Shown one piece after another: positions 51,320 to 61,180 of a stretch of 64,000 nucleotides of DNA. The notes under the pieces were generated by a model. It did not search any database and was not told the origin of the DNA. It saw only the letters and a list, made by a program, of their open reading frames with translations. Every line of letters begins with the position of its first letter. The stretch's first letter is position 1. The DNA is taken from positions 64,001 through 128,000 of IMG/VR virus record IMGVR_UViG_3300020048_000024; one strand, given 5' to 3'. The translations under genes were made by a program, and so were the position numbers. This stretch comes from a virus.

Positions 51320-51687
51320 TTTGATGAAGTTGGTTTTTGTGCAGGTGTACGCTTAGGTGATGTTTGACCTTTTGGTTTAGCAGGCTGAGCAGCAACCGGT
51401 TTTGCTTTTGGTTTTGCTCTTTCTCTTGGTTTATTAGAAACTTTCGGAGCAGATCCATTTACGATTTTGAGTGATGGAGCGACTGATTTAGTGTTTACTT
51501 GTTCAGATACGCTAGACTCAATGGCTAAAGCTTTTTCAGGCACAACATCACCAACATCAACCGAAAAAACTTTTTGTTCCGGAACTTGAGCAGCCACTGG
51601 CGCTTCAACTTTATATGGGGCTTCTACTACGGGTGCTTGTGGTTTGCCAGTAAAGAATTCTTTAATTTTTGTAAAAATGGTTAACAT
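51316..51687 (-). CDS. Low-complexity Lys/Pro-rich protein
   Basis: GGAG RBS; basic tail. Confidence 0.6.
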   Translation of the reverse strand: MLTIFTKIKEFFTGKPQAPVVEAPYKVEAPVAAQVPEQKVFSVDVGDVVPEKALAIESSVSEQVNTKSVAPSLKIVNGSAPKVSNKPRERAKPKAKPVAAQPAKPKGQTSPKRTPAQKPTSSK

Positions 51688-51790
51688 TGTATTTCTCCTA
51701 GTCATATATTTATTACCTAATATGTTGACACGATATTTTTTCTATGATATACTTGTATTTGAATAAATTATTATAAAATAAGGAACATAT

Positions 51791-52417
51791 ATGACCAATA
51801 GCGTTGCCGAAGAATTAGATAAAAATCCAGGGGATGCTCTTAAATCAAATGGAATTTATGTGTTTATGGATGAAGTAAATGCCGAAACTATTAAGCCAGT
51901 AATTGAATGGATTTTATATGAAAATTATGTTTCCACTCAACGTAAAAAAGAATTACTATTAATGGTATGTAGCGATGGTGGAGATTTATCTGCGGCATTT
52001 GCTCTTATCGATACCATGAAATCTAGCCAGATTCCAATCAAAACCGTAGGATTAGGTACTATTGCCAGTTGTGGATTGTTGATTTTTATTGCCGGAACAA
52101 AAGGTCGACGTGTGTTAACTCCAAATACCAGTATACTTAGTCATCAATTTTCGGCCGGTTCAGAAGGAAAAGCTCATGATTTATTTGCCACAGTCAAAGA
52201 GTTTGAGCTTACTCAAGTAAGAATGATCAATCATTATAAAGAATGTACTGGATTGTCCGAATCAATGATTAGAGAGAAGTTATTACCAGCACAAGATGTA
52301 TGGCTAGATGGAGAAGCAGCACTAGAACTAAACATTTGTGATGCCATATCAGAATCCAATTCAAAAAATGAATTGTCGAAAAAATCAAAAAAATCAAAAA
52401 CCGCTCTTCCAAAATAG
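51791..52417 (+). CDS. Divergent ClpP-family protease
   Basis: S.GG, IASCG (Ser), SHQ (His), QDVWL...A...ICD (Asp). Confidence 0.85.
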   Translation: MTNSVAEELDKNPGDALKSNGIYVFMDEVNAETIKPVIEWILYENYVSTQRKKELLLMVCSDGGDLSAAFALIDTMKSSQIPIKTVGLGTIASCGLLIFIAGTKGRRVLTPNTSILSHQFSAGSEGKAHDLFATVKEFELTQVRMINHYKECTGLSESMIREKLLPAQDVWLDGEAALELNICDAISESNSKNELSKKSKKSKTALPK

Positions 52418-52471
52418 TTGACTAATATATAAATTTATACTATAATAGTAGTATATTATAAAGGTATTAAA

Positions 52472-53389
52472 ATGACAATGTTAGATCGTGCCCAAGGATG
52501 TCTACTAGGACTTGCAGTGGGCGATGCAGTTGGCACTACAGTAGAATTCAAAGATCGCGGCACTTTTCCCTTAATGACAGACATGGTGGGTGGTGGTCCA
52601 TTTAGTCTTAAGTCAGGTCAATGGACTGATGATACTAGTATGGCGCTGTGTTTGGGATACAGCTTAGCGGAAAAAGGATTTGATCCACTTGATCAAATGA
52701 CTCGTTATGTAGAATGGTATACAGATGGATATATGAGTTGTACTGGCCGATGTTTTGATATTGGCACGGCAACTAAAGGCGCACTTCGTCAGTTTCAAAA
52801 AGACTCATTAAAAAATCCAATTGCTGGATCTACTCACTTTATGGATGCTGGTAATGGATGCATTATGCGACTTGCCCCTGTGCCAATCATGTATGCTCTT
52901 AATGCAGAGAAAGCAATCGAACTGAGTGGAACTCAATCTACTGTTACTCATGGATCAGATGAATGTGTAAAAGCATCACGTATGTTCGGAGAAATTCTTG
53001 TACGTGCCTTAAGCGAAATGAGTAAGGAAGAAATTTTACGACTTGATATCTCTGAGCCGACTAGCGAATTAAGATCATTAGAAAACATTGCTCGTGGTAC
53101 ATACTTTAACTCAACAGAAAAAGATATACGTGGAAGTGGTTACGTAGTCGAATCATTAGAAGCAGCATTGTGGTGTTTTTATACTACTGAAAATTTCAAA
53201 GATTGTATTTTGAAAGCTGCCAATTTGGGTGATGATGCTGATACTACAGCGGCAATTGCTGGACAAGTAGCAGGTGCATATTATGGTCTAGCTGGCATTC
53301 CCGTTGAGTGGGTAAAACGAGTATCGTGGAGAGATCGTATTCTAGAACTAGCAGCAGATTTGGTAAACAAACAAGAGGATGTAAAATAA
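52472..53389 (+). CDS. ADP-ribosylglycohydrolase (DraG/ARH family)
   Basis: GDA.G, WTDDT, GNG..MR, TH, GDDADT.AA..G. Confidence 0.93.
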   Translation: MTMLDRAQGCLLGLAVGDAVGTTVEFKDRGTFPLMTDMVGGGPFSLKSGQWTDDTSMALCLGYSLAEKGFDPLDQMTRYVEWYTDGYMSCTGRCFDIGTATKGALRQFQKDSLKNPIAGSTHFMDAGNGCIMRLAPVPIMYALNAEKAIELSGTQSTVTHGSDECVKASRMFGEILVRALSEMSKEEILRLDISEPTSELRSLENIARGTYFNSTEKDIRGSGYVVESLEAALWCFYTTENFKDCILKAANLGDDADTTAAIAGQVAGAYYGLAGIPVEWVKRVSWRDRILELAADLVNKQEDVK

Positions 53390-53820
53390 TGTTCTGGAAC
53401 AAAAAATTGGTAGATATCATCAAAACTGATACTCGTCTCGACGATATCAAAGCTCAAATGGACGAGATAAATCGTGTATATAAAAATCCTGAAAATGCCT
53501 ATAGCGATATGACCTTAGATCGATGTCAGGATGCTATGGCATTAAATATCGTATCATCCTATTACACCAAGGCTCAACAGTTAGCACGATTTACCAAAGA
53601 CGTTCGTGACTTACGAGCTGTTGTAGAAGGCAACGGCGAATACTGGGGACAGTATCAAGTTAACTATGAAGAATGTCAACAACGATTGGCAAACTCAGAG
53701 CTACACTTAAAACTAGAAAAAGAAATGTATCAGAAAATCTACGAACGAAATCGTAAGTTAGAATCTGAAGTATATGTGTTAAAGCGTGAATTAGAAATTT
53801 TAAAAACGGAGAAAGCATAA
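53389..53820 (+). CDS. Hypothetical coiled-coil protein
   Basis: GAGG RBS; start reassigned. Confidence 0.65.
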   Translation: MFWNKKLVDIIKTDTRLDDIKAQMDEINRVYKNPENAYSDMTLDRCQDAMALNIVSSYYTKAQQLARFTKDVRDLRAVVEGNGEYWGQYQVNYEECQQRLANSELHLKLEKEMYQKIYERNRKLESEVYVLKRELEILKTEKA

Positions 53821-54113
53821 TGTTTGGATTTAACCATAAAACATCCTATCTTCCTGCACCAACTGTCGAGGTTATCAAGGAGCAAAAGATGGATACATCA
53901 GCATACTATACTATTGGGTTAACAACTGATGATCGTACTCAGATCACCTTCGGGCAAGATAGGCATGCCAAATCTAGTCTGACCATGACAGATGATGCCG
54001 TGGCTCATATGATTAGACTGTTGGCAGTTAACATAGCCGACACTCACACGGTTACAGTGACACCGATAGTACAAAACAACGAGTCAGAAGAAACAACAGG
54101 AGAAGTAGAATGA
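53820..54113 (+). CDS. Hypothetical protein
   Basis: GGAG RBS. Confidence 0.7.
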   Translation: MFGFNHKTSYLPAPTVEVIKEQKMDTSAYYTIGLTTDDRTQITFGQDRHAKSSLTMTDDAVAHMIRLLAVNIADTHTVTVTPIVQNNESEETTGEVE

Positions 54114-54700
54114 GTTTAGTACCAATGGTGGTAGAACAAACATCTCGTGGCGAACGTAGCTACGACATTTATAGTCGTTTGTTACGTGATCGTATTATTA
54201 TGCTACACGACGATGTTAATGAGCAAAGTGCATCTATTATCGTAGCTCAGTTATTGTTCTTGGAGAGTGAAGGAGACAAAGACATTCACTTTTATATCAA
54301 TAGTCCAGGCGGTAGCGTGACTGCTGGTATGAGCATTTATGATACCATGCAGTTTATCAAGTGCGACGTTAGCACAATCGTGATGGGTCAGGCATGTAGC
54401 ATGGGATCATTATTGGCTCAAGCTGGCGCAGCAGGCAAGCGATTGATTCTTCCGTATGCCAGACATATGATTCATCAACCAAGTGGTGGTGCTCGTGGTC
54501 AAGCTACTGATATGGAAATTCAAGTTAAAGAGATTATTAAAATGAAACGAGAATTAACTCAGATTTATGTTAATCATAACTCAGTTAACAAAACATACGA
54601 TGAGTTATTAAAAGATATGGAACGTGATTTCTTTATGAGTGCTACTGAGGCCGTAGAATATGGTTTAGCAGATAAGGTTATTACAAAACGAGGCGAGTAA
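54110..54700 (+). CDS. clpP: ATP-dependent Clp protease proteolytic subunit
   Basis: LVP.V.E...[27 protein letters not shown]. Confidence 0.97.
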   Translation: MSLVPMVVEQTSRGERSYDIYSRLLRDRIIMLHDDVNEQSASIIVAQLLFLESEGDKDIHFYINSPGGSVTAGMSIYDTMQFIKCDVSTIVMGQACSMGSLLAQAGAAGKRLILPYARHMIHQPSGGARGQATDMEIQVKEIIKMKRELTQIYVNHNSVNKTYDELLKDMERDFFMSATEAVEYGLADKVITKRGE

Positions 54701-54740
54701 TCATACTTGCTTTGATAAAAATAATAAACTAGGAAATAGC

Positions 54741-55481
54741 ATGTCTAATAATTCAGTAGTCAACGTAACTCTTACTAATTCTGGCTCAGGATACAAGTCT
54801 ATTGCTTGGCCATTTTTGGTTGCCAAAAAGCATACATCAGAAAACCGAGTAGCTTACGACTTGTTAGCTGCCAGCGCACATTTATATCGAGTACATGGAA
54901 ATAATCTAGAAAGATTTCAGGGTCTAGGACTTAATGACGGCGATGGTTTTAAAAATCAGCTCACTGATGAAGATTTTAAATTAGCTGATGATATAGCAGA
55001 TTATTTTAGTAAAATAATTGTATTAAAAGGTCTAAGAGGAGAGTCGTTAACTGAATTTCATCGTATGGTTGCTGACTTTCTAACTGATAGATGTAAATAT
55101 GATAATGAAATGGCTGGCATGATATATCGTTTGCCAGAATATTATGATATGGATCAACAATTCTTAGAAATGAAAGATTTCTACTTCAACGATCATGAAC
55201 ATGTATCTATATTACTATCTCGACATTCTAGAAAACTAGCTCCAATTACTAAGATTCTTAGAATTACAAGAGCATATAAGGTAGTTCAATATTGGTTCAA
55301 GGATATAGAAACTGGAAACCCAGTGAATATAGATATCGATCTTAAAAATAAACTCACTCATTTATGGGATCATTTCTTTAAAACTTGTAAAGAAATTAGC
55401 ATTGAGGGTGAATATTTTGACTGGACTCATCCATTGAAGTTACAATGTACTACTGTTAAAAATTGGGAATTAAAATTATGA
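54741..55481 (+). CDS. Hypothetical protein
   Basis: 246-aa ORF. Confidence 0.65.
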   Translation: MSNNSVVNVTLTNSGSGYKSIAWPFLVAKKHTSENRVAYDLLAASAHLYRVHGNNLERFQGLGLNDGDGFKNQLTDEDFKLADDIADYFSKIIVLKGLRGESLTEFHRMVADFLTDRCKYDNEMAGMIYRLPEYYDMDQQFLEMKDFYFNDHEHVSILLSRHSRKLAPITKILRITRAYKVVQYWFKDIETGNPVNIDIDLKNKLTHLWDHFFKTCKEISIEGEYFDWTHPLKLQCTTVKNWELKL

Positions 55482-55852
55482 CATTATTTTATCTATTAAT
55501 CGCACTTCAACTTAAACATTTTATCATTGATTTTCCATTACAGACAAAATATCAATGGTCGAATAAAGGAACATATGGTCATTTAGGCGGTGTATTACAC
55601 GCTGCTCTACATGGTCTAGGAACTTTTACTGTTTTGTTTTTGTTCACTGACGAGCTTACACTGGCTTGGTATATTGCCCTAGCTGATATGTTTATTCATT
55701 ATCACATTGATTGGGCGAAGATGAATATAAATAAAAGATTGGGTTGGGGTCCAACTACACATCCAGAGTTTTGGGTATTGTTAGGTCTAGATCAATTGTT
55801 ACATCAACTAACTTATGTAGGAATGATTTTTGCATTGTATATCTATAAATGA
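55478..55852 (+). CDS. DUF3307-like membrane protein
   Basis: H...DF.LQ, H...H, H..ID, DQ..H. Confidence 0.75.
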   Translation: MTLFYLLIALQLKHFIIDFPLQTKYQWSNKGTYGHLGGVLHAALHGLGTFTVLFLFTDELTLAWYIALADMFIHYHIDWAKMNINKRLGWGPTTHPEFWVLLGLDQLLHQLTYVGMIFALYIYK

Positions 55853-57292
55853 AATCAATTAAAGATTTTGTTAGGGAATATCTTAACAGTAGGGCTGAGC
55901 TTGGTAATTTATATAATCAACCTCATTCTTTGAAAGACTGGAACAAAATCTTAGAGTCTGGTGGCTATATCAGCGTTCAATTTCGAAATACAACCGACGG
56001 AACTCGTCAGATAGCACAATGGTGTTGTGAGAAGTTCGGAGCAGAACACTACTATTGGACAGGTGGGGTATTTTGGTTTGAAACAGAGAAAGCGGCAGTA
56101 TTATTTGCACTGAGATGGGTATGATGACTGAATACGAATCACAACATAGTTACTGGCAGAAAGATCATGATGAGATCATAGCCGAAATGCAAGTAGAAAA
56201 AGCACAGTTAGAAAAATATCTTCATCGAATTAAAGTATCAGATGATGCATTATCTGATGCTGAATGGTTTGAACGATGGAACTGGTGTGGTAAGAATTTT
56301 GTCAAGGAAACTTATCGATATAGATTTGGATGTTTTCAATTTGAGCATGAACAAGATGCTGTATTATTTATATTGAGGTGGGTATGACAGACTTTAAACT
56401 AAGGAAAGTTGTAGTTGGGGGCAAGCGCGCTCCCACTCACTCTAATTTTTGTATAGATTCTATAGAGAAAAATACTATCACTATAATTAGAGTTGGTGAC
56501 GGTGACAGAAAATATATTGAAATGGAAGAATGGTTAACCAAACACGGTGCGACTAAGATTGGTTATTATAATGGTTATGAGTTTTGTCCGGTCTATAATG
56601 TCACCGACGAAATTAAAGTAATATTTGCACTGAGATGGGCATGATAAATCATATAGAATTTCCATATAAGATACAGGTACTACCCACTCATCATGATGAA
56701 AGTTTATATCTTTCGTGGATCGATCATAGTATATGGTGTAAAAAACACATTGATCGCAAAACATTTGAGCATGGTGAGAGAGGGCAGTTTTATTTTAAGA
56801 ATGAACAAGACGCAGTATTATTTGCATTGAGGTGGGCATGAAATTGAATACGAAATTAAATACTAATAGATCGTCAGTTAAACGAGCCTTACAATGGCTA
56901 GAAAACGAGTTGTTTCTGTATACAGACGAGGAGCTATACTTAGAGTTTGAAAAAAGAATGAATTGTAAATTTTCAGAAGACAAAACTGAAATTACTTTCA
57001 TTACTGAGAATTTAAAATATTGGTTTACTGCTAGATGGAAGTAGAATATGATTTGTTTCCGTATACAAAACCAGTATTGAGTAAATTTCCATATTCTATC
57101 ATAATGACGTATGAAAAGCTCGCACATATGCCAGAACTTGAGCCTAGATGTGAATGGCTTGATAAAACACTCAATACACGCTGGGGAGAGCAATATCTGT
57201 ATCATCGTCGAATTAGTTTTGGAGTCAAACAAGTAGTTTGGTATTTTGTCAAAGAAGAAGATATGACGCTTTTTTCTCTAAGATGGATGTAA
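55849..57292 (+). other. Tandem array of six translationally coupled LRW-tail paralogs (starts 55849, 56121, 56384, 56641, 56838, 57035)
   Basis: C-termini VLFALRWV, VLFILRWV, VIFALRWA, VLFALRWA, YWFTARWK, TLFSLRWM; 30-nt DNA repeats at the junctions. Confidence 0.85.
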
Positions 57293-57356
57293 ATAATGAT
57301 TGACAATTAATGATTATTTTGCTATAATATAGTTCACACTTAATTAAGGAAGTATA

Positions 57357-57482
57357 ATGAAAATTCAACATTCGTGGGAATATTGCTCAGAAGCAGTATT
57401 TATGAAGCGAGTATTTAAGCATAGTATGTATCAATTGGTCTCGGTGTTTGTTTTAATTGGAGTTATTGCTCTAAACTCTTAA
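57357..57482 (+). CDS. Small membrane peptide (not in ORF track)
   Basis: sigma70 promoter at 57300, TAAGGA RBS, hydrophobic C-terminus. Confidence 0.5.
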   Translation: MKIQHSWEYCSEAVFMKRVFKHSMYQLVSVFVLIGVIALNS

Positions 57483-57485
57483 AAG

Positions 57486-57562
57486 TGTTGTATTTTTACA
57501 ACACTTTTAGTTGACATTTAATAGCTTTTTTAGTATAATATTTATAATGAAAAGGATAAATA
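57486..57562 (+). promoter_or_regulatory. Palindrome plus sigma70 promoter plus late box
   Basis: TGTTG-N8-CAACA, 7 bp gap, TTGACA(57511)-17-TATAAT, ATAAATA(57556). Confidence 0.85.
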
Positions 57563-57567
57563 CTATT

Positions 57568-57753
57568 ATGAAAATCAACGAAGTCGCTTATAAAAACTCA
57601 CAAGCTCTTTTCGAGGAACTCGACAAAGAAAATGATACTGGCATTGCCACCAGTGATTTAGTCAAGATTGTAGAAGCACATAATTCTACAGAATGGACTG
57701 ATAGCACTATGGAAGAAATGTACGCTCTTGAAGAACGTATATTAGCTGAATGA
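57568..57753 (+). CDS. Small acidic protein, possible antitoxin (MKINEV leader)
   Basis: Acidic; ATGA-coupled to a toxin-like ORF. Confidence 0.5.
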   Translation: MKINEVAYKNSQALFEELDKENDTGIATSDLVKIVEAHNSTEWTDSTMEEMYALEERILAE

Positions 57754-58181
57754 TTTTAGAACAATACAAGCCGTATAAACCGCCTACGAGCAAATCTGCC
57801 GAGGCTAAAGAACATGCCGTAATAAACAGGCATTGTCCCTTGTATTGGGAAACATATAGAAAATATAAAACTCATCCTACCGTAGTAGATCGACTAAGAG
57901 AATTCAGAATTTTTAAATCTGAACATCCGAATGAAGTTTTCGGTAGCAAAGATTACCCAATGAATCGTAGACTTCCATTGGGTGTTGCTGTTCCGGGACT
58001 TCTTCACGCCGGCATTACCGATAATCTGTCACTTTTCTATACTATTAGTGGCTCAAATCCTATTATTTTAAAACAATACGGTATATTTTCTCATGACGAG
58101 GCTGGAATCGGGCAACCAGCCAATATGAATCGTCAACACAGTCTCGCTCAAAAATTTTCCAATCAAGTATTTACAGAGTAA
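57750..58181 (+). CDS. Possible RelE/YafQ-like mRNA interferase
   Basis: KD.PM, LLHA.I..NL.L.Y and GIFSHDE resemble the YafQ fold. Confidence 0.45.
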   Translation: MILEQYKPYKPPTSKSAEAKEHAVINRHCPLYWETYRKYKTHPTVVDRLREFRIFKSEHPNEVFGSKDYPMNRRLPLGVAVPGLLHAGITDNLSLFYTISGSNPIILKQYGIFSHDEAGIGQPANMNRQHSLAQKFSNQVFTE

Positions 58182-58187
58182 TAAATT

Positions 58188-59036
58188 ATGAAAGTTGCAT
58201 TATGTTCGGACATCCATTTGGAGTTCGGTGATCTAGATATTAAAAATACAGAAAATGCAGATGTGTTATTGTTAGCTGGCGACATTATGATCGCCAACGA
58301 TATGTACGATTTCCCAGAACACGAAATTAAGCCAGAATGGAATAATATTCTACCTGATAGATATCATAAAGCTCAATCATTTCGTAGCTTTTTGAAACGA
58401 TGTAGCGATGAATTTTCTCATGTACTATATGTAGCAGGAAATCATGAGTACTATCACGGCAAGTGGAATCAAACAATCGACACATTGAGAGCCGAGTGTG
58501 CTAAATTCCCCAACGTACATTTTATGGAAAACGATGTATTCGTTCTAGATGATGTGACGTTTATCGGCGGCACACTATGGACTGATTGTAATAAATCTCA
58601 CCCATTGACCATTCGTGTTCTTGCAGATTCTATGAATGACTATCGTTTGATCAGAGTCGAAGATCGTGGTTTCGGGAAATTACATCCAAGTGATACAGTG
58701 GCGAAACATCGTAAGATGTTAGAAACTATTAAATCTACGGTAGATGGTAAATATGATCAAAAATTTGTAGTAGTGGGTCATCATCAACCAAGTAAACTAA
58801 GCGCACATCCACGTTATTTGGATGATCATCACATGGACGGAGGTTATAGTTCTGATCTGTCTGAGTTTATGTTGGATCGCCCACAAATCAAATTATGGGT
58901 CGGTGGACATACACATCATGACTTTGATTACATGATTGGGTCCACACGAGTTGTTTGTAATCCACGTGGATATGTTGGTTACGAACGAGTTTCTCAACAA
59001 GAAGATCCTTACTATCCCAAGATCATTGAAGTTTAA
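58188..59036 (+). CDS. Calcineurin-like metallophosphoesterase
   Basis: SDIH, AGD, GNHE, HH.P, GHTH, NPRGY. Confidence 0.9.
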   Translation: MKVALCSDIHLEFGDLDIKNTENADVLLLAGDIMIANDMYDFPEHEIKPEWNNILPDRYHKAQSFRSFLKRCSDEFSHVLYVAGNHEYYHGKWNQTIDTLRAECAKFPNVHFMENDVFVLDDVTFIGGTLWTDCNKSHPLTIRVLADSMNDYRLIRVEDRGFGKLHPSDTVAKHRKMLETIKSTVDGKYDQKFVVVGHHQPSKLSAHPRYLDDHHMDGGYSSDLSEFMLDRPQIKLWVGGHTHHDFDYMIGSTRVVCNPRGYVGYERVSQQEDPYYPKIIEV

Positions 59037-59040
59037 TTAT

Positions 59041-59076
59041 AATGGACACACTCGTAAGATATGTGTCCATTTTTTA
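59041..59076 (+). terminator. Intrinsic terminator
   Basis: AATGGACAC...GTGTCCATT followed by T-run. Confidence 0.7.
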
Positions 59077-59159
59077 TTGACTGTAGTTACTAATTATGTT
59101 ATAATAGTTACATGCTGTGACTTTTTAAAATCACAACTATTAACTTAAAGGAACTACAA

Positions 59160-59426
59160 ATGAAAGTAACTCAACAATCACGTTTAACAGAAGCACTCTT
59201 GAATGGCGAACAACTGACTGTCCCACAAATGACAGCTCGTTTTAATATTGCCAATCCAACCGCAGTTATCAGCAACATTCGTTTTGCCGGCTACGCAGTT
59301 TATGCTAACACTCGTAAGAACAGCAAAGGTCAATCAGTAACTCGTTATCGTATCGGTACCCCTACCCGCAAAGTGATCTCTGCTGGTTATCGTGCTTTGG
59401 CCAACGGTTTGGTAGATTTAGAATAG
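59160..59426 (+). CDS. Winged helix-turn-helix protein
   Basis: LT..Q...RF.I.NP.A.IS.IR..GY followed by a beta wing. Confidence 0.7.
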   Translation: MKVTQQSRLTEALLNGEQLTVPQMTARFNIANPTAVISNIRFAGYAVYANTRKNSKGQSVTRYRIGTPTRKVISAGYRALANGLVDLE

Positions 59427-59428
59427 TC

Positions 59429-59565
59429 TATACTAAGAATTCCACTTAGTATATTAATCGTGAAGAATTCCACTACGCGAACTTAGGAGTATTCCACTCT
59501 GAATCGGATGACACACTCAATGTCTTGAATAGTTTAAGCGACACTATGGTTCGACAAGTCGCTTA
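59429..59565 (+). ncRNA. Candidate structured element: three hairpins with AG-WATTCCA-CT loops plus two further stems
   Basis: Different stems around near-identical loops at 59438, 59466 and 59490. Confidence 0.5.
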
Positions 59566-59592
59566 CTGAATAAAAATTAATGGAACTTAAAC

Positions 59593-59802
59593 ATGAAACA
59601 TAGTCTTGTTAAATTTAAAGACGGTACATTCGGTGTCATGAAGAGATATATATGGCTTTCTCGGGAAGAATTTTTAGGCGTAGACAATCATGAATGGTGG
59701 TCTATGCCTTATATGATAGTTAAATATTGCAAATTCAAAACTCAAGAAGAAGCTGAAGCTGCCATACTTTGTATAGACATTAGTTATACGGTGATTAAAT
59801 GA
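59593..59802 (+). CDS. Hypothetical protein
   Basis: ORF. Confidence 0.65.
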   Translation: MKHSLVKFKDGTFGVMKRYIWLSREEFLGVDNHEWWSMPYMIVKYCKFKTQEEAEAAILCIDISYTVIK

Positions 59803-60029
59803 ACGAACGAATTCGAGAACTTGCTGACAAGGCTACTACAAAATTCTTTAACGAAGACGGTAGCGGATTTCGTACATTCAGTCGTGAAAAGTTTGCAGAG
59901 TTGATTGTTCTGGAATGTGCAGGAGTTTGTTTAGAAAGAGCATCTCAATATCAAGTCAATCATCTTATAACTGATGAAGCGATATTTTGTTCGATTCGGA
60001 TTAAACAACATTTCGGAGTAGAAGAATGA
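59799..60029 (+). CDS. MNERI family, paralog 3
   Basis: MNERIRELA, EKFAELIV.EC, IKQHFGVEE. Confidence 0.8.
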   Translation: MNERIRELADKATTKFFNEDGSGFRTFSREKFAELIVLECAGVCLERASQYQVNHLITDEAIFCSIRIKQHFGVEE

Positions 60030-60325
60030 AAAGATTTACAGCATATAGAAAGAGTATCTCCGAGAGAGATACACACAATCATTTTCAGAAAAATGAAGAT
60101 CATGAGCCTCAGTTTGAGGGCGTAATTTGGACTGATGGTACAGTTACTCTTAGATGGTTAACTACTTGTTCTTCTCATTCTGTGTGGAGCAATATCGAGG
60201 ACTGTCTTAATATTCACGGTCATCCAGAATATGGAACTGAAATTATCTGGCATGATAGTGATCCACCAGAAGCATGGAACAAACAATTATTAAACGCTTT
60301 GAGTATCGAGAACAATAAAAAATGA
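60026..60325 (+). CDS. Hypothetical phage protein (EGV..TDG...RW...HGH)
   Basis: Coupled ORF. Confidence 0.7.
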   Translation: MKRFTAYRKSISERDTHNHFQKNEDHEPQFEGVIWTDGTVTLRWLTTCSSHSVWSNIEDCLNIHGHPEYGTEIIWHDSDPPEAWNKQLLNALSIENNKK

Positions 60326-60588
60326 GTTCATTTTATGGTGGTTTGAATGGTGACGGATTCTTCGGTGAAGAATATCGTGATGATTGGGAACAGGGTGAGT
60401 GGAGCAGTGGCCGAAGTCGCTGGCGTTCCAATCAGACATTTTATAATCACAGTGTATCTAGATCAATCAAGTGTAGGATTTGTGGATGTGAGAATTTAAA
60501 GTGGTTAAAAACTTCAAATGGTTGGAGAACATCATACAGTAGTGGGCTGTTAGCAGGTAAAGTACACGCTTGTGGAGGCGAAATATGA
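60322..60588 (+). CDS. Hypothetical Zn-ribbon protein
   Basis: CRICG...W...HAC. Confidence 0.6.
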   Translation: MSSFYGGLNGDGFFGEEYRDDWEQGEWSSGRSRWRSNQTFYNHSVSRSIKCRICGCENLKWLKTSNGWRTSYSSGLLAGKVHACGGEI

Positions 60589-60863
60589 ACGAACAAACTA
60601 GAGAGGCACTACTCATTCTACAAGAAGAATGTAGTGAAGTGATTCAAGCTACCAGTAAATGCTTTAGATTTGGCATTAATGGTATGTATTTACAAGAGTC
60701 TAACAGAGATAGACTTGAACAAGAACTAGGCGATGTATTGGCAATGATTGACATTTTAACTAGTCAATTTGAAATTTCATCTGATAGACTATTAGAAGCC
60801 AAAAAACGTAAATTCAAAAAGCTCAGTCAATGGAGCACACTCGATCTTAAAGATATGGAATAA
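60585..60863 (+). CDS. MazG-like NTP pyrophosphohydrolase
   Basis: EEC.E...E.ELGD. Confidence 0.8.
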   Translation: MNEQTREALLILQEECSEVIQATSKCFRFGINGMYLQESNRDRLEQELGDVLAMIDILTSQFEISSDRLLEAKKRKFKKLSQWSTLDLKDME

Positions 60864-60865
60864 TC

Positions 60866-61180
60866 ATGGAAATTTTATTATTAGTACTTTGTGCTGTTGC
60901 TTCATTCGCAGCAGGTTGGTATAGTAATCAACATGTTATGTTAGGTGCACTCACTGAGATGATTCAAGAAAACATTGTAGTATTGACATATGAGGTAGAA
61001 TCAGATCAACATTTTCTATATTATAAAGAAGATGGATCATTTGCAAGTCAGGGAAATACATTAGAAGAAGTAGCAATCAACTTCAATCGTGATAACAAGG
61101 GCATTATCGGTCGAGTTATTCCTAGCACAGGAGCAGAATTCTTCATCGTAGATGGCATCATTGAGTCTGGAGTAGAATGA
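60866..61180 (+). CDS. Hypothetical protein with N-terminal membrane anchor
   Basis: Hydrophobic N-terminus. Confidence 0.65.
   Translation: MEILLLVLCAVASFAAGWYSNQHVMLGALTEMIQENIVVLTYEVESDQHFLYYKEDGSFASQGNTLEEVAINFNRDNKGIIGRVIPSTGAEFFIVDGIIESGVE

Noticed and set aside
56095-57292. CRISPR-like 30-nt repeats
   Set aside because: Spacers are 170-230 bp open reading frames, the repeats are degenerate coding ends, and no cas genes are present
59118-59138. TGTGA...TCACA CRP-like site
   Set aside because: The spacer is 10 bp, not the 6 bp CRP requires
59429-59503. CsrB/RsmZ mimic on the minus strand (GGA in loops), or a mini-CRISPR
   Set aside because: The loops read GTGGA rather than ANGGA, G-U pairs favour the plus strand, and the 11-nt repeats are too short for CRISPR
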